DNA of 64,000 nt. Source: a virus. Its lineage: Duplodnaviria; Caudoviricetes. Of this stretch, positions 54,199 through 64,000 are shown in pieces. The position numbers and the translations under genes were made by a program. Within the stretch, counting starts at the first letter, position 1, and the number at the start of each line of letters is the position of its first letter. The notes below the pieces were generated by a model, which saw only the letters and a program-made list of their open reading frames with translations, was not told the DNA's origin and made no database searches. Location: the IMG/VR virus record IMGVR_UViG_3300032030_000007, positions 160,001 through 224,000 of that record. One strand, written 5' to 3'.

Positions 54199-55359
54199 TT
54201 ATTCAATTTTATATTTCGTTAAATCTATTTCTTCTTGTTCTCCAGTATCAGTGTGATTAATATAAATCTTATTCATAAATTCATCATAATCAACCGATAT
54301 ATCTTTTTGATCATTAACTATTTTTAATACTTGTGTAAGATCATCATAATTGATTCGTAAATCATTATTTAAATCAGCTTCAGTTACATAATGACCATAT
54401 TTAATATAATCTAATATTTTGATTATATCATCTTTATCTATCTTACCATCTTTATTAAAGTCTAATCCTTTTAATATGTTTTCTTCATCATGATCAACTA
54501 CATCAGATTCTTTATTCTTAAATTGACGTAGTTCTAACCCCATATCATCATATCCATCAGATTGACTATTTAATATTCCACCACGTCTATCTCTATCATT
54601 TTCTTTTCCTAATGTTTTATTATCATCATTAGTTCTTAAGTGAACAGTTGAACCCCAAGTAGCAATAACTTTATCAGTAGGTATTTCTGAACGTTCATTT
54701 ATAACAGGATAGTTTGTACAGATTTTAAAATCTAACGTAACATTACGTTGATTTGGCTCTGGAGAACTCATGTCAATTTTATTAAGTTCAGGATTCATAG
54801 ATCCAGGAAACTCAATAGAACATTGTATTTCTTGTCCTAAATATGTAATCTTATAATATTTTTGAAATATCATCTTATCAATTAATTCTTGTAATAAAAC
54901 AATTGATTCATTAAAGTTTGATAAATAATATTTAGCATTAATTGTAAGTTCTAATGGAAGACGTCTTATGTCTGCATTATAACCACATATCATATTACCA
55001 GAACGATGTTCATAATAACCACGTCCATAAGGAGAAGACAATTCATCGGTTGGTATATTAACATCAGCCAACTCAATAACGCATCGTGGTAATGTCATAT
55101 ACATAGTATCTTCTCCAGTAGTTTCATTTACTGAATATTCATATCCATTTGATTCAATATATAAATATGATGAACCTGTATTATATACAAAATGATTAAT
55201 TGACTTATTATATAAAACGATATTTCTATTAAGCCAAGATAATAATCCTTTAATGACCAATGCAAAAAATCTTTCATCCCTATTATATAGATCATCAAAT
55301 TTCTCTTCATTCCATGGTCTTATCCAAGGTTCATTATCTCTATTAAATACATTATCCAT
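54199..55359 (-). CDS. Tail terminator / neck protein (T4 gp15-like) with a C-terminal dockerin/EF-hand-like pair
   Basis: LPRCVIEL...RRLPLELTINAKYY.....SIVLLQELI; DFNKDGKIDKDD and DLNNDLRINYDD loops. Confidence 0.7.
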   Translation of the reverse strand: MDNVFNRDNEPWIRPWNEEKFDDLYNRDERFFALVIKGLLSWLNRNIVLYNKSINHFVYNTGSSYLYIESNGYEYSVNETTGEDTMYMTLPRCVIELADVNIPTDELSSPYGRGYYEHRSGNMICGYNADIRRLPLELTINAKYYLSNFNESIVLLQELIDKMIFQKYYKITYLGQEIQCSIEFPGSMNPELNKIDMSSPEPNQRNVTLDFKICTNYPVINERSEIPTDKVIATWGSTVHLRTNDDNKTLGKENDRDRRGGILNSQSDGYDDMGLELRQFKNKESDVVDHDEENILKGLDFNKDGKIDKDDIIKILDYIKYGHYVTEADLNNDLRINYDDLTQVLKIVNDQKDISVDYDEFMNKIYINHTDTGEQEEIDLTKYKIE

Positions 55360-55447
55360 TTATGTTAATCTATAATTATATATAAAAATAATTTGATTTT
55401 ATTAATTTCTTATAACTATTTTATATAAAAATATATTTCTTAATTAA

Positions 55448-55822
55448 ATGGAAATTGTAAATATAAACAATATTGAACAATTAGTTATATGCAAATATAA
55501 GATTGAAACTGAATTATTAGAAAAAGGAAAAATAGATAAGAAACAGACATTAGATGAATTCTTAACATCATATGCTTTTCTTGATATGATTTATAAAGTA
55601 AAGAAAATGTCTATACCATTTACATTTAAAAAAATTAATGATGTTGATTATTTATTTGTTATATCAGAAAATCCCGTTGAACTTGACATATTAAAGAATA
55701 AATTAAAATTAATTCGATATAATTTTGATAATTTGGTTAAAGTATCGAATGAAGAACTAATGAAGACAGAAAATATTGATGAAGAAGAATTTATAATTTA
55801 TAATAATGCGTATTATAGATGA
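55448..55822 (+). CDS. Hypothetical protein
   Basis: 124 aa, after TTGATT-N18-TATTTT. Confidence 0.7.
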   Translation: MEIVNINNIEQLVICKYKIETELLEKGKIDKKQTLDEFLTSYAFLDMIYKVKKMSIPFTFKKINDVDYLFVISENPVELDILKNKLKLIRYNFDNLVKVSNEELMKTENIDEEEFIIYNNAYYR

Positions 55823-55842
55823 TATTATGTAATATGCATTCT

Positions 55843-55918
55843 AAAGCTTGCTAAGACCTTCGAAATAAGTTATATTATAATTTATAATTATACAGTTTCG
55901 AAGGTCTTAGCAAGCTTT
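55843..55918. repeat. Perfect 23-bp inverted repeat with a 30-bp AT-rich spacer
   Basis: aaagcttgctaagaccttcgaaa (55843-55865) / tttcgaaggtcttagcaagcttt (55896-55918). Confidence 0.95.
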
Positions 55919-55978
55919 CTAGAATATTCTATGATGAAATTAATCTATACTTTATAATAAATTTATTTTTACAAAGTA

Positions 55979-56341
55979 TTATTCTTCTTCAGGATTTTTG
56001 ATTTGATCAATAGCATCATTAAACTCACCTAACTTCTTTTCAAATTTAGCAGTCTTCTGAGCATATGTTTCATCATTAGTTGTTTTAGTAGATTTTCTAA
56101 TAGTTGCAGTAAATTGTTGTAAGATATCTTGAACAGTACCTAGCTTATCAACATTGTCTTTATCAATAGTTACGGTAAGTTTTGTATCTTCTACAGTACA
56201 GCCTTCTTTATCCTTTAATGATTCAAGTGTTTCTTCACCATTTTCTAAATCTTTAAAATCAAAAGAAATAGTTACAGATTCAGCTTCATTAATCTTTTGT
56301 TCAACAGCTGCTTCTGAAATGTAATCTGTTAAATGTTTCAT
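55979..56341 (-). CDS. Protein with CTS-like leader MKHLTDYISE
   Basis: 120 aa; second I-N-E site at aa 17-19. Confidence 0.8.
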   Translation of the reverse strand: MKHLTDYISEAAVEQKINEAESVTISFDFKDLENGEETLESLKDKEGCTVEDTKLTVTIDKDNVDKLGTVQDILQQFTATIRKSTKTTNDETYAQKTAKFEKKLGEFNDAIDQIKNPEEE

Positions 56342-56368
56342 GATTATAAATTATATGTATATTTATAT

Positions 56369-56590
56369 TTATTCATAAGATTTCTTATGCTTATCTTTTC
56401 TTGTATATTTGCTTCTATCTCTAAAAGTCTTATTATATGATATTGGACGTCCATGTGCTTCAATTTCTTCTTCTCGAGAACCACGTTTAAACGCCTTCAT
56501 ACGGTCTTTCATATCTTTAATGTTTCTTGAAGTGCATTCATAAAGATCATCTTCAATATAATCATCGATATAATTAGCAATATTCTTCAT
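56369..56590 (-). CDS. Small protein with variant CTS-like acidic leader and basic body
   Basis: MKNIANYIDDYIEDDLYE followed by a K/R-rich region. Confidence 0.7.
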   Translation of the reverse strand: MKNIANYIDDYIEDDLYECTSRNIKDMKDRMKAFKRGSREEEIEAHGRPISYNKTFRDRSKYTRKDKHKKSYE

Positions 56591-56634
56591 ATTATATAAT
56601 AATTTATTTGTTTAGATATTTCAAATATTTAATA

Positions 56635-57945
56635 TTAGAAATTAAGTAATGGAAAAATTTCTGCAAATTGTTTTCCGTAAATATATATCTTATTCTTATT
56701 TTCTTCTATTTCATTATTACGAACCCATTTAAGTACTTTAATATAATTAGTAATAATTCCATAGTTTGAACAATTATTAAGACTATCATTAATATTGTTA
56801 TTTAATAAATCTGAACAATCATTTAAATTATTCTTATACCCATTATATTTGTTCGTATGCCCACAATTACAAGCTGTTGTAGATACATTACCAAGATTTG
56901 ATAAATCTATTCCTAATTCTAAGAATTCTTCTAATAACTGAATTAGCATATCAATCAATAATGTATTAGGATTTGATTCATCTAATTCTTCATTTTCAGT
57001 AAACATCCAACAACAATAAAAACTTGTATCACTTAGCATTTGTATAAGCCATTGATACATTGCAGCTTTATATTTATCTATGCAAGAAGCAGTATCAATA
57101 GGAATTATTTCAGTACCTGTATTTATGCCAGTTGAACTTGATGATAATGATGTTGCACATGTTGATTGTGTGCCACATCCACAAGTTGATGTAACAGTTG
57201 TCGTTGATATATTTCCATTAAATATTGTATTCATCAATATCGTAGCAGCATCATATTGTCCATTAGCATAAAAATCAATTACTGCTTTATATATTGCATT
57301 TGTACCTAAATTGTAATCATTAAATGTACTATATCTTTGAATTGTTTGCATAAATGTAGAATTTAATGCTAATAATTCTTCTTCAGTAAATACATTATCT
57401 TTAAGTTTGTTCTTAAATATAAGATAATCAATATTATTAATATTTTCATTATTTAATATAGGTTGCCAATAATCATTAATTCTTATTCCATCAGCACCCA
57501 TAATTAAATAATCTGGATATGTTATGTCATCTAAAGTAATTTCTTCTTCTAATGGTTCTTCCTCTTCAGGAATTTCTTCTACAGTTGGATCTTCATCATC
57601 TTCTTCAGGTTCTTCAATTTCTTCTTCCTCTTCCTCATCAATTGGTAATTCTTCTCCAATAGAATTTTCTAATTGATTAGCCAAAGATTCAGATATGTAA
57701 TATGAATCTATTGGTGCAAAATTTTCTACACCATTTAATAAAAGATCAATTTTTCCTTCATTATCGTATTCATTAAATTTTGTAATGAATTCATTAATTG
57801 CTTCTTTATCAATTTTATCTAAATGAACATATATACAATTATTTATAGAACCATTATATAAAGGAATCAATAAAAAATAAGTATCTTCATAATCCTTTAC
57901 AATAATTGATCCATAAACTTGTAATATAAGATCTATATAATTCAT
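56635..57945 (-). CDS. Acidic, Cys-cluster-containing putative structural protein
   Basis: Poly-E linker; TCGCG, YCCW, CNCGH motifs. Confidence 0.7.
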   Translation of the reverse strand: MNYIDLILQVYGSIIVKDYEDTYFLLIPLYNGSINNCIYVHLDKIDKEAINEFITKFNEYDNEGKIDLLLNGVENFAPIDSYYISESLANQLENSIGEELPIDEEEEEEIEEPEEDDEDPTVEEIPEEEEPLEEEITLDDITYPDYLIMGADGIRINDYWQPILNNENINNIDYLIFKNKLKDNVFTEEELLALNSTFMQTIQRYSTFNDYNLGTNAIYKAVIDFYANGQYDAATILMNTIFNGNISTTTVTSTCGCGTQSTCATSLSSSSTGINTGTEIIPIDTASCIDKYKAAMYQWLIQMLSDTSFYCCWMFTENEELDESNPNTLLIDMLIQLLEEFLELGIDLSNLGNVSTTACNCGHTNKYNGYKNNLNDCSDLLNNNINDSLNNCSNYGIITNYIKVLKWVRNNEIEENKNKIYIYGKQFAEIFPLLNF

Positions 57946-57966
57946 TTTATTTATGCATATATAATT

Positions 57967-58584
57967 TTATGGTTTTCCTGTCATTATCTTATCTTTAATA
58001 TATTCTTTCTGAGCATCACTATATATAGTTAATTCATCAGGGAATATAATTCTACCATTATATGATTTCGCAACAGAATCAATAGTTTCATCATTAAACT
58101 TTGGAAACATTATTATATAGAATTCCGTATCCTTTTCATCATTATAATCATCAATCAATTTATTAACCTTATCTAATTCTGATTGATCATTAGATGATAA
58201 GTATGTAGATATTGCTTTTCCTAAGTCTTCTATTTTATATTGTAATTCAGTTAAACTGTGATAAGGAGTATCCTGACTAATTCTTGTATTAATACTTTCT
58301 ATAATTTCAGATATTTTCTTACCACCCAAAAATTCTATATTAGATGGATCAAATGCTGAAAACATATCAGAAATTGCATTAACGTCAAAGTTTCCATCTT
58401 TAATTTCTCCATTTGCACTTTCAATAAAAAAATTCTGAACATCTTTAGGAAGTTCAAAAAGTCTAACTGTATTAGATTTTTTTCCGTATATTCTAAAATG
58501 TCTTAAAATTGTTTCAGCCCTTGGATTATTTGGATGGGTTTTATTATATTCAATATTACTTAATAATACATTTAATAGATTCAT
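57967..58584 (-). CDS. Hypothetical protein
   Basis: 205-aa ORF. Confidence 0.75.
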   Translation of the reverse strand: MNLLNVLLSNIEYNKTHPNNPRAETILRHFRIYGKKSNTVRLFELPKDVQNFFIESANGEIKDGNFDVNAISDMFSAFDPSNIEFLGGKKISEIIESINTRISQDTPYHSLTELQYKIEDLGKAISTYLSSNDQSELDKVNKLIDDYNDEKDTEFYIIMFPKFNDETIDSVAKSYNGRIIFPDELTIYSDAQKEYIKDKIMTGKP

Positions 58585-58632
58585 GATAAATCATACATTA
58601 TTTATTATATAAAAATAAACAATTTGATTTTA

Positions 58633-60555
58633 TTATTTAAAATTCTTTCTAATGATTTTTGTAAACTCATCAATTAAAGTCTTAATCTCAAATGTAATTC
58701 TTGAACGATTATAAATAACCCAGTTTCCTTCTCCATATAATGAATCATTCCAACCTGTAAGTTTACTATTAATTCCTGCATTATGTCCTAATGCAATAAG
58801 ATTAAAATATGTTGGTTGTTTAACGTCATTACGAAGATCATCAATTACTTCTTTAATCATATTAGCATTAGCAATATAACAAGAATCAGTAATATTGAAT
58901 ACTACGATTGGAAGTGATGTATATCTTTTTACATCCTCAGCAATAATTCTATAGCTTTCTGCTTCATTCTGTCCACCCTGACTATTTCTGTTTCCTAATG
59001 TATATTTTGACTTAAGAGTGAATGGATCCAAATATCTATATACACAATCTCCATGACCATATACAAAGAACTTAATTTTTGGATAATCCTTAAGAGCTTC
59101 ATAAATCATAATTGAAAATGCAGAAGCTAATTCATTAAGTTTATCGCAGGTCATTGAGCCTGATTCATCAATTGCGAGAACTAATGCATATTCAGGATCA
59201 TTTGATTTAATTACAGTACGTTTCTGAACATATACAGTCTGTTCATTGCACATTGCATTAACCAAACGATTTGAATCTAAAGAACCATTTCTTCTGAACC
59301 TATCAGTTTTGATTTCGTAGCTATAGCTATTTGGAATAATCAGTTTCTTTGCATAATTAATATAATTCTTTACAGTATTCAAATACTGATTATAATGAAT
59401 AGGATAATTGGTATTGACCATATGAACATCCTTAGAAATTTTCATGTGTATCCCAGGAATATTATGATCTTCCAAAATATTATCATTATTATTTTCAGAA
59501 ATCTTGGTATGATATACAATCATTTTCTTAATGTTTGTACATTCAGATTCTGATGAAATATCTTCATAAGTATTTAATAAAATTGCAATGATTCCATTTC
59601 CTCCCATTTCCGAAGCTTCCTGATTCTTAAAAATATCGTCATCTTTATCACGAATTTCAACTTCAGGATCATCAGAATTATCAGTGTCATCTGAATATTT
59701 AGGTTTATTATAACCTTTAGAATTATTGTTAGATTCTCCTTCAGTTTCTTCTTTTTCAGAATTATTGATATACTCTTTAAGTAATTCGTAAATCTGAATA
59801 GCAGCTGCAGTAGTTGATCTTGTTACAGATTCATTTTTAATATCGAAGCAATCATTATCACTTACGATATATTTGATCTTTTTGAAAAGATCCTCATATT
59901 TAATTAATGATGATTTCTTAATTGAAGAAAGATATTTTGGATATCTAATAATATAGAAAAATATTGCCAAAATTTCAGATAATGTATTATTTGTATTTGA
60001 AGCATCCTCTATATATTTTTCAAAAATCTGATACTTCAGCTTACTCAAGAAATTACTATATCCAGGGAATTTATTGCAAATCTTCTCCTCAATAAGTTCA
60101 TCTTCCAAAACATTATGAATATGATGAACCAATTCAGGGTACTTTGAAATAACTGAACTTAAATATGTAAAGTCAGTATAAAGGCAATGACAACTTTCAT
60201 GGATTGTCATACCGATTAATCTATCCATTTTATCATATGCATCATCTACAGTTTCAATAGTCTTACCCAAACCTACCTCAATTGTAGAACCATTCGTAGA
60301 TGCGGTTTCATTATCCTTTGATAATCTGAATGAAACGTTATAAAGACCCATTGAACGTAACAGATCTTTCATTTCAGAAATGATCATTGAATTATCATTA
60401 CAGATACGCTCAACACGGTCTTCATTATATAGAAATCTTGAGTACTGCTTTGATGGAATTTTTACAAAACCAATCTCAAGATCTTCATTAGTCAAAATAT
60501 AATCCTCATTATCGCGATTGTACCAATCAGTTGTGTATATTGAAGGAACATTCAT
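58633..60555 (-). CDS. CobT-like metallopeptidase-VWA protein
   Basis: HESCH..YTD and N.LED..IE; acidic linker; RRNGSLD; MIDAS motif IDESGSM. Confidence 0.88.
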   Translation of the reverse strand: MNVPSIYTTDWYNRDNEDYILTNEDLEIGFVKIPSKQYSRFLYNEDRVERICNDNSMIISEMKDLLRSMGLYNVSFRLSKDNETASTNGSTIEVGLGKTIETVDDAYDKMDRLIGMTIHESCHCLYTDFTYLSSVISKYPELVHHIHNVLEDELIEEKICNKFPGYSNFLSKLKYQIFEKYIEDASNTNNTLSEILAIFFYIIRYPKYLSSIKKSSLIKYEDLFKKIKYIVSDNDCFDIKNESVTRSTTAAAIQIYELLKEYINNSEKEETEGESNNNSKGYNKPKYSDDTDNSDDPEVEIRDKDDDIFKNQEASEMGGNGIIAILLNTYEDISSESECTNIKKMIVYHTKISENNNDNILEDHNIPGIHMKISKDVHMVNTNYPIHYNQYLNTVKNYINYAKKLIIPNSYSYEIKTDRFRRNGSLDSNRLVNAMCNEQTVYVQKRTVIKSNDPEYALVLAIDESGSMTCDKLNELASAFSIMIYEALKDYPKIKFFVYGHGDCVYRYLDPFTLKSKYTLGNRNSQGGQNEAESYRIIAEDVKRYTSLPIVVFNITDSCYIANANMIKEVIDDLRNDVKQPTYFNLIALGHNAGINSKLTGWNDSLYGEGNWVIYNRSRITFEIKTLIDEFTKIIRKNFK

Positions 60556-60614
60556 TTGTTTGATTTTTTAATATTATATATAAAATATAGATACAATATT
60601 AAAAAAATTCAATA

Positions 60615-61016
60615 TTATGGTTTCTTTACATTACATTCTACAATATCATAATTACTTTCTAAATAATTATTAATAGCATTATAAACTTCATCAGTAAGAT
60701 ATATTTTAGTTCCTGATGATAATATTGTAAAATAAGATTCTATTAAAGCTGGTTTTTCACCAATATTAGAAAGTATATAAACTTTTAATTTTTCCATATA
60801 CTTCTCTAATATTGATGAATCTATATTTTCATTAAAATTTGGCTTATATAAATTACCATCTATTTCAAATTCTATAGGGTTACTATATATATCATTAATA
60901 TAACCATTATATGCATTATCCCAATCATTTAATTCTGATTGATTATCTTCTTTACCCAATGCATATATATGTTCAACATTTATAATTAATCCTTCACAAA
61001 TTTTAAATAGTTTCAT
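60615..61016 (-). CDS. Hypothetical protein
   Basis: 133 aa, ATGA overlap. Confidence 0.75.
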   Translation of the reverse strand: MKLFKICEGLIINVEHIYALGKEDNQSELNDWDNAYNGYINDIYSNPIEFEIDGNLYKPNFNENIDSSILEKYMEKLKVYILSNIGEKPALIESYFTILSSGTKIYLTDEVYNAINNYLESNYDIVECNVKKP

Positions 61017-61960
61017 ACTCCAACATTCTGTCCAAATTCTTTATCAGAACCAATTCTAGTTTTCATTACATTTTCTTTAGTTGGTGTAATTTCTTTACTA
61101 GCTTCATACCCATATTTATTGATGACGTCTATAATTTCTTTTAATGCATCATCTGAATTTGAATATGCGTCTTTTTCGTTCTCAAGAATCAAATATTTAT
61201 CTTTTAATTGATTATGTTCTGTTTCTAATTTTGATAAATCATTTTCTAATGCTAATTTCTGATTTTCATAATCATCACAGATCTTACATAAATTATCATA
61301 CTTATCTTGAAGCTCTTTGTTGTCTTCTTTAAATTGAATACATAAAGTATTTAACGCATTAATTTTTTCATTAGCTTTAATTTGTTCTTGTTGTAAATCA
61401 TTATACTTTGTATATATATCTGAATACTCATTATTCAATTTATTATAAGTTTTATTAAGTGCATCATGTTCCTTTTGAAGTTTATCGTAAGCAAGTTTAT
61501 TGTCTTCAATATTCTTTAATAATTCAACTTCTTTTTCTTTGCGAGCTTGATATTTTTTCTTAAATTGTTCTAATTCAGCAAACACTTCATTATATGTATC
61601 TTGAAGAACCTTATAAGCTTTATCTTTTGATTCAATATTTTTTTCTAATTCCTGAACTTTTAATTCATAATTATCACATTGTTTACTTAAATCATCAGAA
61701 TATGCTTCATTTGATTTACGTTCATTTTCATATCCTTCAATTTGCTTTTGTAAATTTTCTTTTTCAGTAACTAATGCATTCCATTTTTCAGTAGATACAA
61801 CTTCTTCTTGTGGTGTTCTATTGATTTGATCTTTTAACTCTTCATTTTCTTTAGTTAACTTTTCAATATTTGCTTTCTGCTCCTTAAATACTTCAACTGC
61901 TTTTGCTAATCTGGCATTAAGTTTTTCATTTTCCTGTTTTAACAAATTAATATCTTCCAT
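61013..61960 (-). CDS. Long coiled-coil protein
   Basis: Continuous heptads over ~280 aa. Confidence 0.8.
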   Translation of the reverse strand: MEDINLLKQENEKLNARLAKAVEVFKEQKANIEKLTKENEELKDQINRTPQEEVVSTEKWNALVTEKENLQKQIEGYENERKSNEAYSDDLSKQCDNYELKVQELEKNIESKDKAYKVLQDTYNEVFAELEQFKKKYQARKEKEVELLKNIEDNKLAYDKLQKEHDALNKTYNKLNNEYSDIYTKYNDLQQEQIKANEKINALNTLCIQFKEDNKELQDKYDNLCKICDDYENQKLALENDLSKLETEHNQLKDKYLILENEKDAYSNSDDALKEIIDVINKYGYEASKEITPTKENVMKTRIGSDKEFGQNVGV

Positions 61961-62023
61961 AATTATGTAATTTAATGTATATATAAATCAATATAGTTCA
62001 TATGTAAATATTTTTTAAAAATC

Positions 62024-63112
62024 TTACTTATTTAATTTACTTTCTAATAACTTTATATTATCTAAAGCAGATTTATGATTAGGATTAATTTTCAATATCT
62101 TTTTATTATATGCAAGTGATAAATTAACATTACCTTTTGAATATGCAATAACACCAAGTTGTAATAAAGAATTAATAGTACATATAGGATCATATCCAAA
62201 TGTTAACTGATTGATTGGTTCATCAGTATTTACACACATCTTATAATAAATTTCGGCAACATCCTTTTTATTTTCTCTCCAATAATATGATGCTACCTTA
62301 TAGAATAAATCTTTTCTATAAATACCAATCTTAAATAACTTAAAGAAATAATCTATAAACTCAGGATCATTCATATCATAAAGTCTAAGAATAGCGTTAA
62401 TCTTATCTAATCTATTATTCTCTTCAGATTCTATGCAAAGATGCAATTGTTGTTTTGCGAATTCATGAAGTTTGTTATGCATTAATTCACGACCAAAATA
62501 ATATCTATTTCTTGCTGAAAATTTTCGTCCTTCTTTCTGCATATTCATAAATATCTCCAAATTTCTTGTTGTATGAACAACATTAGCAGGGCGTTTATGA
62601 AGAATTAAAGAACCATTTTTAAATAAATCATAATTAACTTTATGTGAAGTCGTATAACCGATATATTCATGTATCGGATCATTCCATTGTAATTTTGATG
62701 AAACTTTTAATAACGATGTTCTATTATGCGGATTCTTATCACCATCATAATATTGATACTTAACAAAATAAATATCTGCATCTTTATCATTAGAATCTCT
62801 GAACTCTTTTAATGTTTGTAAAAGTTTATCATTTAATTCATCATCACCATCACACCAAAATTGATAATCCGCTTTGCATTCATAACAGGTTAATGAATAA
62901 TTACGAGCTTTAGCAAAATCATAACACCAATCAAAATGATGCAAGAATACATTATGATGCACCTTTATGATATCATTAATTATCTTAACAGTATTATCTG
63001 TTGAACCAGTATCAGTTATATGTACTTCATTTGAGAATTCTAAGAACTGATAAATAAGCTTCATTATAGTATGTTGCTCATTCTTAACAATTATGCAGCT
63101 GTCTATTTTCAT
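62024..63112 (-). CDS. GT2 glycosyltransferase with C-terminal TPRs (SunS-like architecture)
   Basis: IVKNE, DTGSTD, DFAKARN, WCDGDDE, IHE; TPR-like helices. Confidence 0.9.
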   Translation of the reverse strand: MKIDSCIIVKNEQHTIMKLIYQFLEFSNEVHITDTGSTDNTVKIINDIIKVHHNVFLHHFDWCYDFAKARNYSLTCYECKADYQFWCDGDDELNDKLLQTLKEFRDSNDKDADIYFVKYQYYDGDKNPHNRTSLLKVSSKLQWNDPIHEYIGYTTSHKVNYDLFKNGSLILHKRPANVVHTTRNLEIFMNMQKEGRKFSARNRYYFGRELMHNKLHEFAKQQLHLCIESEENNRLDKINAILRLYDMNDPEFIDYFFKLFKIGIYRKDLFYKVASYYWRENKKDVAEIYYKMCVNTDEPINQLTFGYDPICTINSLLQLGVIAYSKGNVNLSLAYNKKILKINPNHKSALDNIKLLESKLNK

Positions 63113-63204
63113 ATATTTAATTTAAAGTCTATCTTTTAATAAAAATAGAACTTTGTAATTAATTATTTTTAATATATACATAAATAAATATAAAATATTT
63201 TAAT

Positions 63205-64000
63205 ATGATATACATAAAGAAATTTAATAATGATATAGATAGAGAAAGATACATTAAAAATAATTTCGTATCTCCGCATTTATTTTTAGATGTTGAAACT
63301 AAGAACGTTAATTATTTACAGCATTATAAAAGATTAACTCATATAAGCAGTACACAAACGGGTGGACAATATATTGATTTAGGTTGTCATTTATTTGAAA
63401 ATACTGATGATATAATCATAGATATCAAATTTAATATGAAAGGTGGTGGTAAAGATTATAATGCAAAATCTGGAGTTAATGGTCATAAACCATCAGTATT
63501 AATTGGTAGTATTAGTGAAGCAGAACCATTTTATGGATTTGTTGTTAGAAAAGCAGATGTTGGTAGTTCCGGTACATATAATGATAATTTTGTAACAATG
63601 TATACAAAATGGGAAATAAGTAATAGTGTTTATGGAAATTATAATGGTGATGCTAATACTAAATCAAAATATTATCCAACATATTTTGCGGGTAATATTT
63701 CTGGATATGAGCAAACACCAACAAATCAAATATATGAAAAAACATTTTTAATTGATAATTTAGACACAATAGACGGTACAACATTTAATAAAATGAAAAA
63801 TTTGGAAACTGATATGTTTGCTATTTATAGAGATGGTGGTGGTGGAGCATATACTGATTATAATTATAAAATGTGGCGTTATTGTGAAGCTGATGTATAT
63901 TATTGTAAGATAATGAAAGGCAATATTGTTATCAGAGATTTAGTACCAATGTTAAGAGTAACAGATAATACTCCTGGATTATATGATTTAGAACATAATG
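63205..64000 (+). CDS. Lectin/ConA-like virion fibre-domain protein (runs off the window edge)
   Basis: Read by hand: MIYIKKFNND...YKRLTHISSTQTGGQYIDLG...IRDLVPMLRVTDNTPGLYDL. Confidence 0.7.
   Translation, partial: MIYIKKFNNDIDRERYIKNNFVSPHLFLDVETKNVNYLQHYKRLTHISSTQTGGQYIDLGCHLFENTDDIIIDIKFNMKGGGKDYNAKSGVNGHKPSVLIGSISEAEPFYGFVVRKADVGSSGTYNDNFVTMYTKWEISNSVYGNYNGDANTKSKYYPTYFAGNISGYEQTPTNQIYEKTFLIDNLDTIDGTTFNKMKNLETDMFAIYRDGGGGAYTDYNYKMWRYCEADVYYCKIMKGNIVIRDLVPMLRVTDNTPGLYDLEHN

Noticed and set aside
37985-55359. eCIS/T6SS/tailocin locus
   Set aside because: Head-related genes (gp2, gp4), a DNA polymerase and lysis genes indicate a complete phage

Overview
A very AT-rich (roughly 25% GC by eye), gene-dense segment of a large myovirus-type jumbo/mega phage with T4-like modules. 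It reads cleanly in the standard genetic code, and I found no tRNA, CRISPR array, integrase or transposase. The host is probably Bacteroidota (Prevotella/Bacteroidales-like): there is an OmpA with an ANA|Q signal-peptide junction and an SNGTHHF motif, a C-SKDE lipoprotein, and A/T-rich starts without Shine-Dalgarno sequences. Virion genes: a tape-measure-like membrane protein, T4 gp2-like DNA end protector, gp4-like head completion nuclease, fibre proteins (one collagen-like), gp53-like, hub-like and tube-like baseplate genes, and a gp15-like neck protein with a dockerin-like tail. Lysis genes: an endolysin and a spanin-like protein. Other genes: family B DNA polymerase, dUTPase, two deoxyribosyltransferase-fold proteins, SprT protease, a three-domain ribosomal S1 homologue, Yqey, DEDDh exonuclease, a CobT-like VWA protein and a GT2-TPR glycosyltransferase. 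The main unannotated signal is about 13 otherwise unrelated proteins that share a 10-residue leader, M-K-x-[LI]-x-x-x-[ILV]-x-E, matching the T4 capsid-targeting sequence and gp21 cleavage site. Ten of them cluster around the gp2/gp4 genes, which suggests an island of capsid-packaged, co-injected cargo proteins. Other notable signals are a perfect 23-bp inverted repeat, a 47-bp palindrome present twice over promoters, two promoter motifs, structured 5' leaders, and a ~110-aa module shared among three virion genes.
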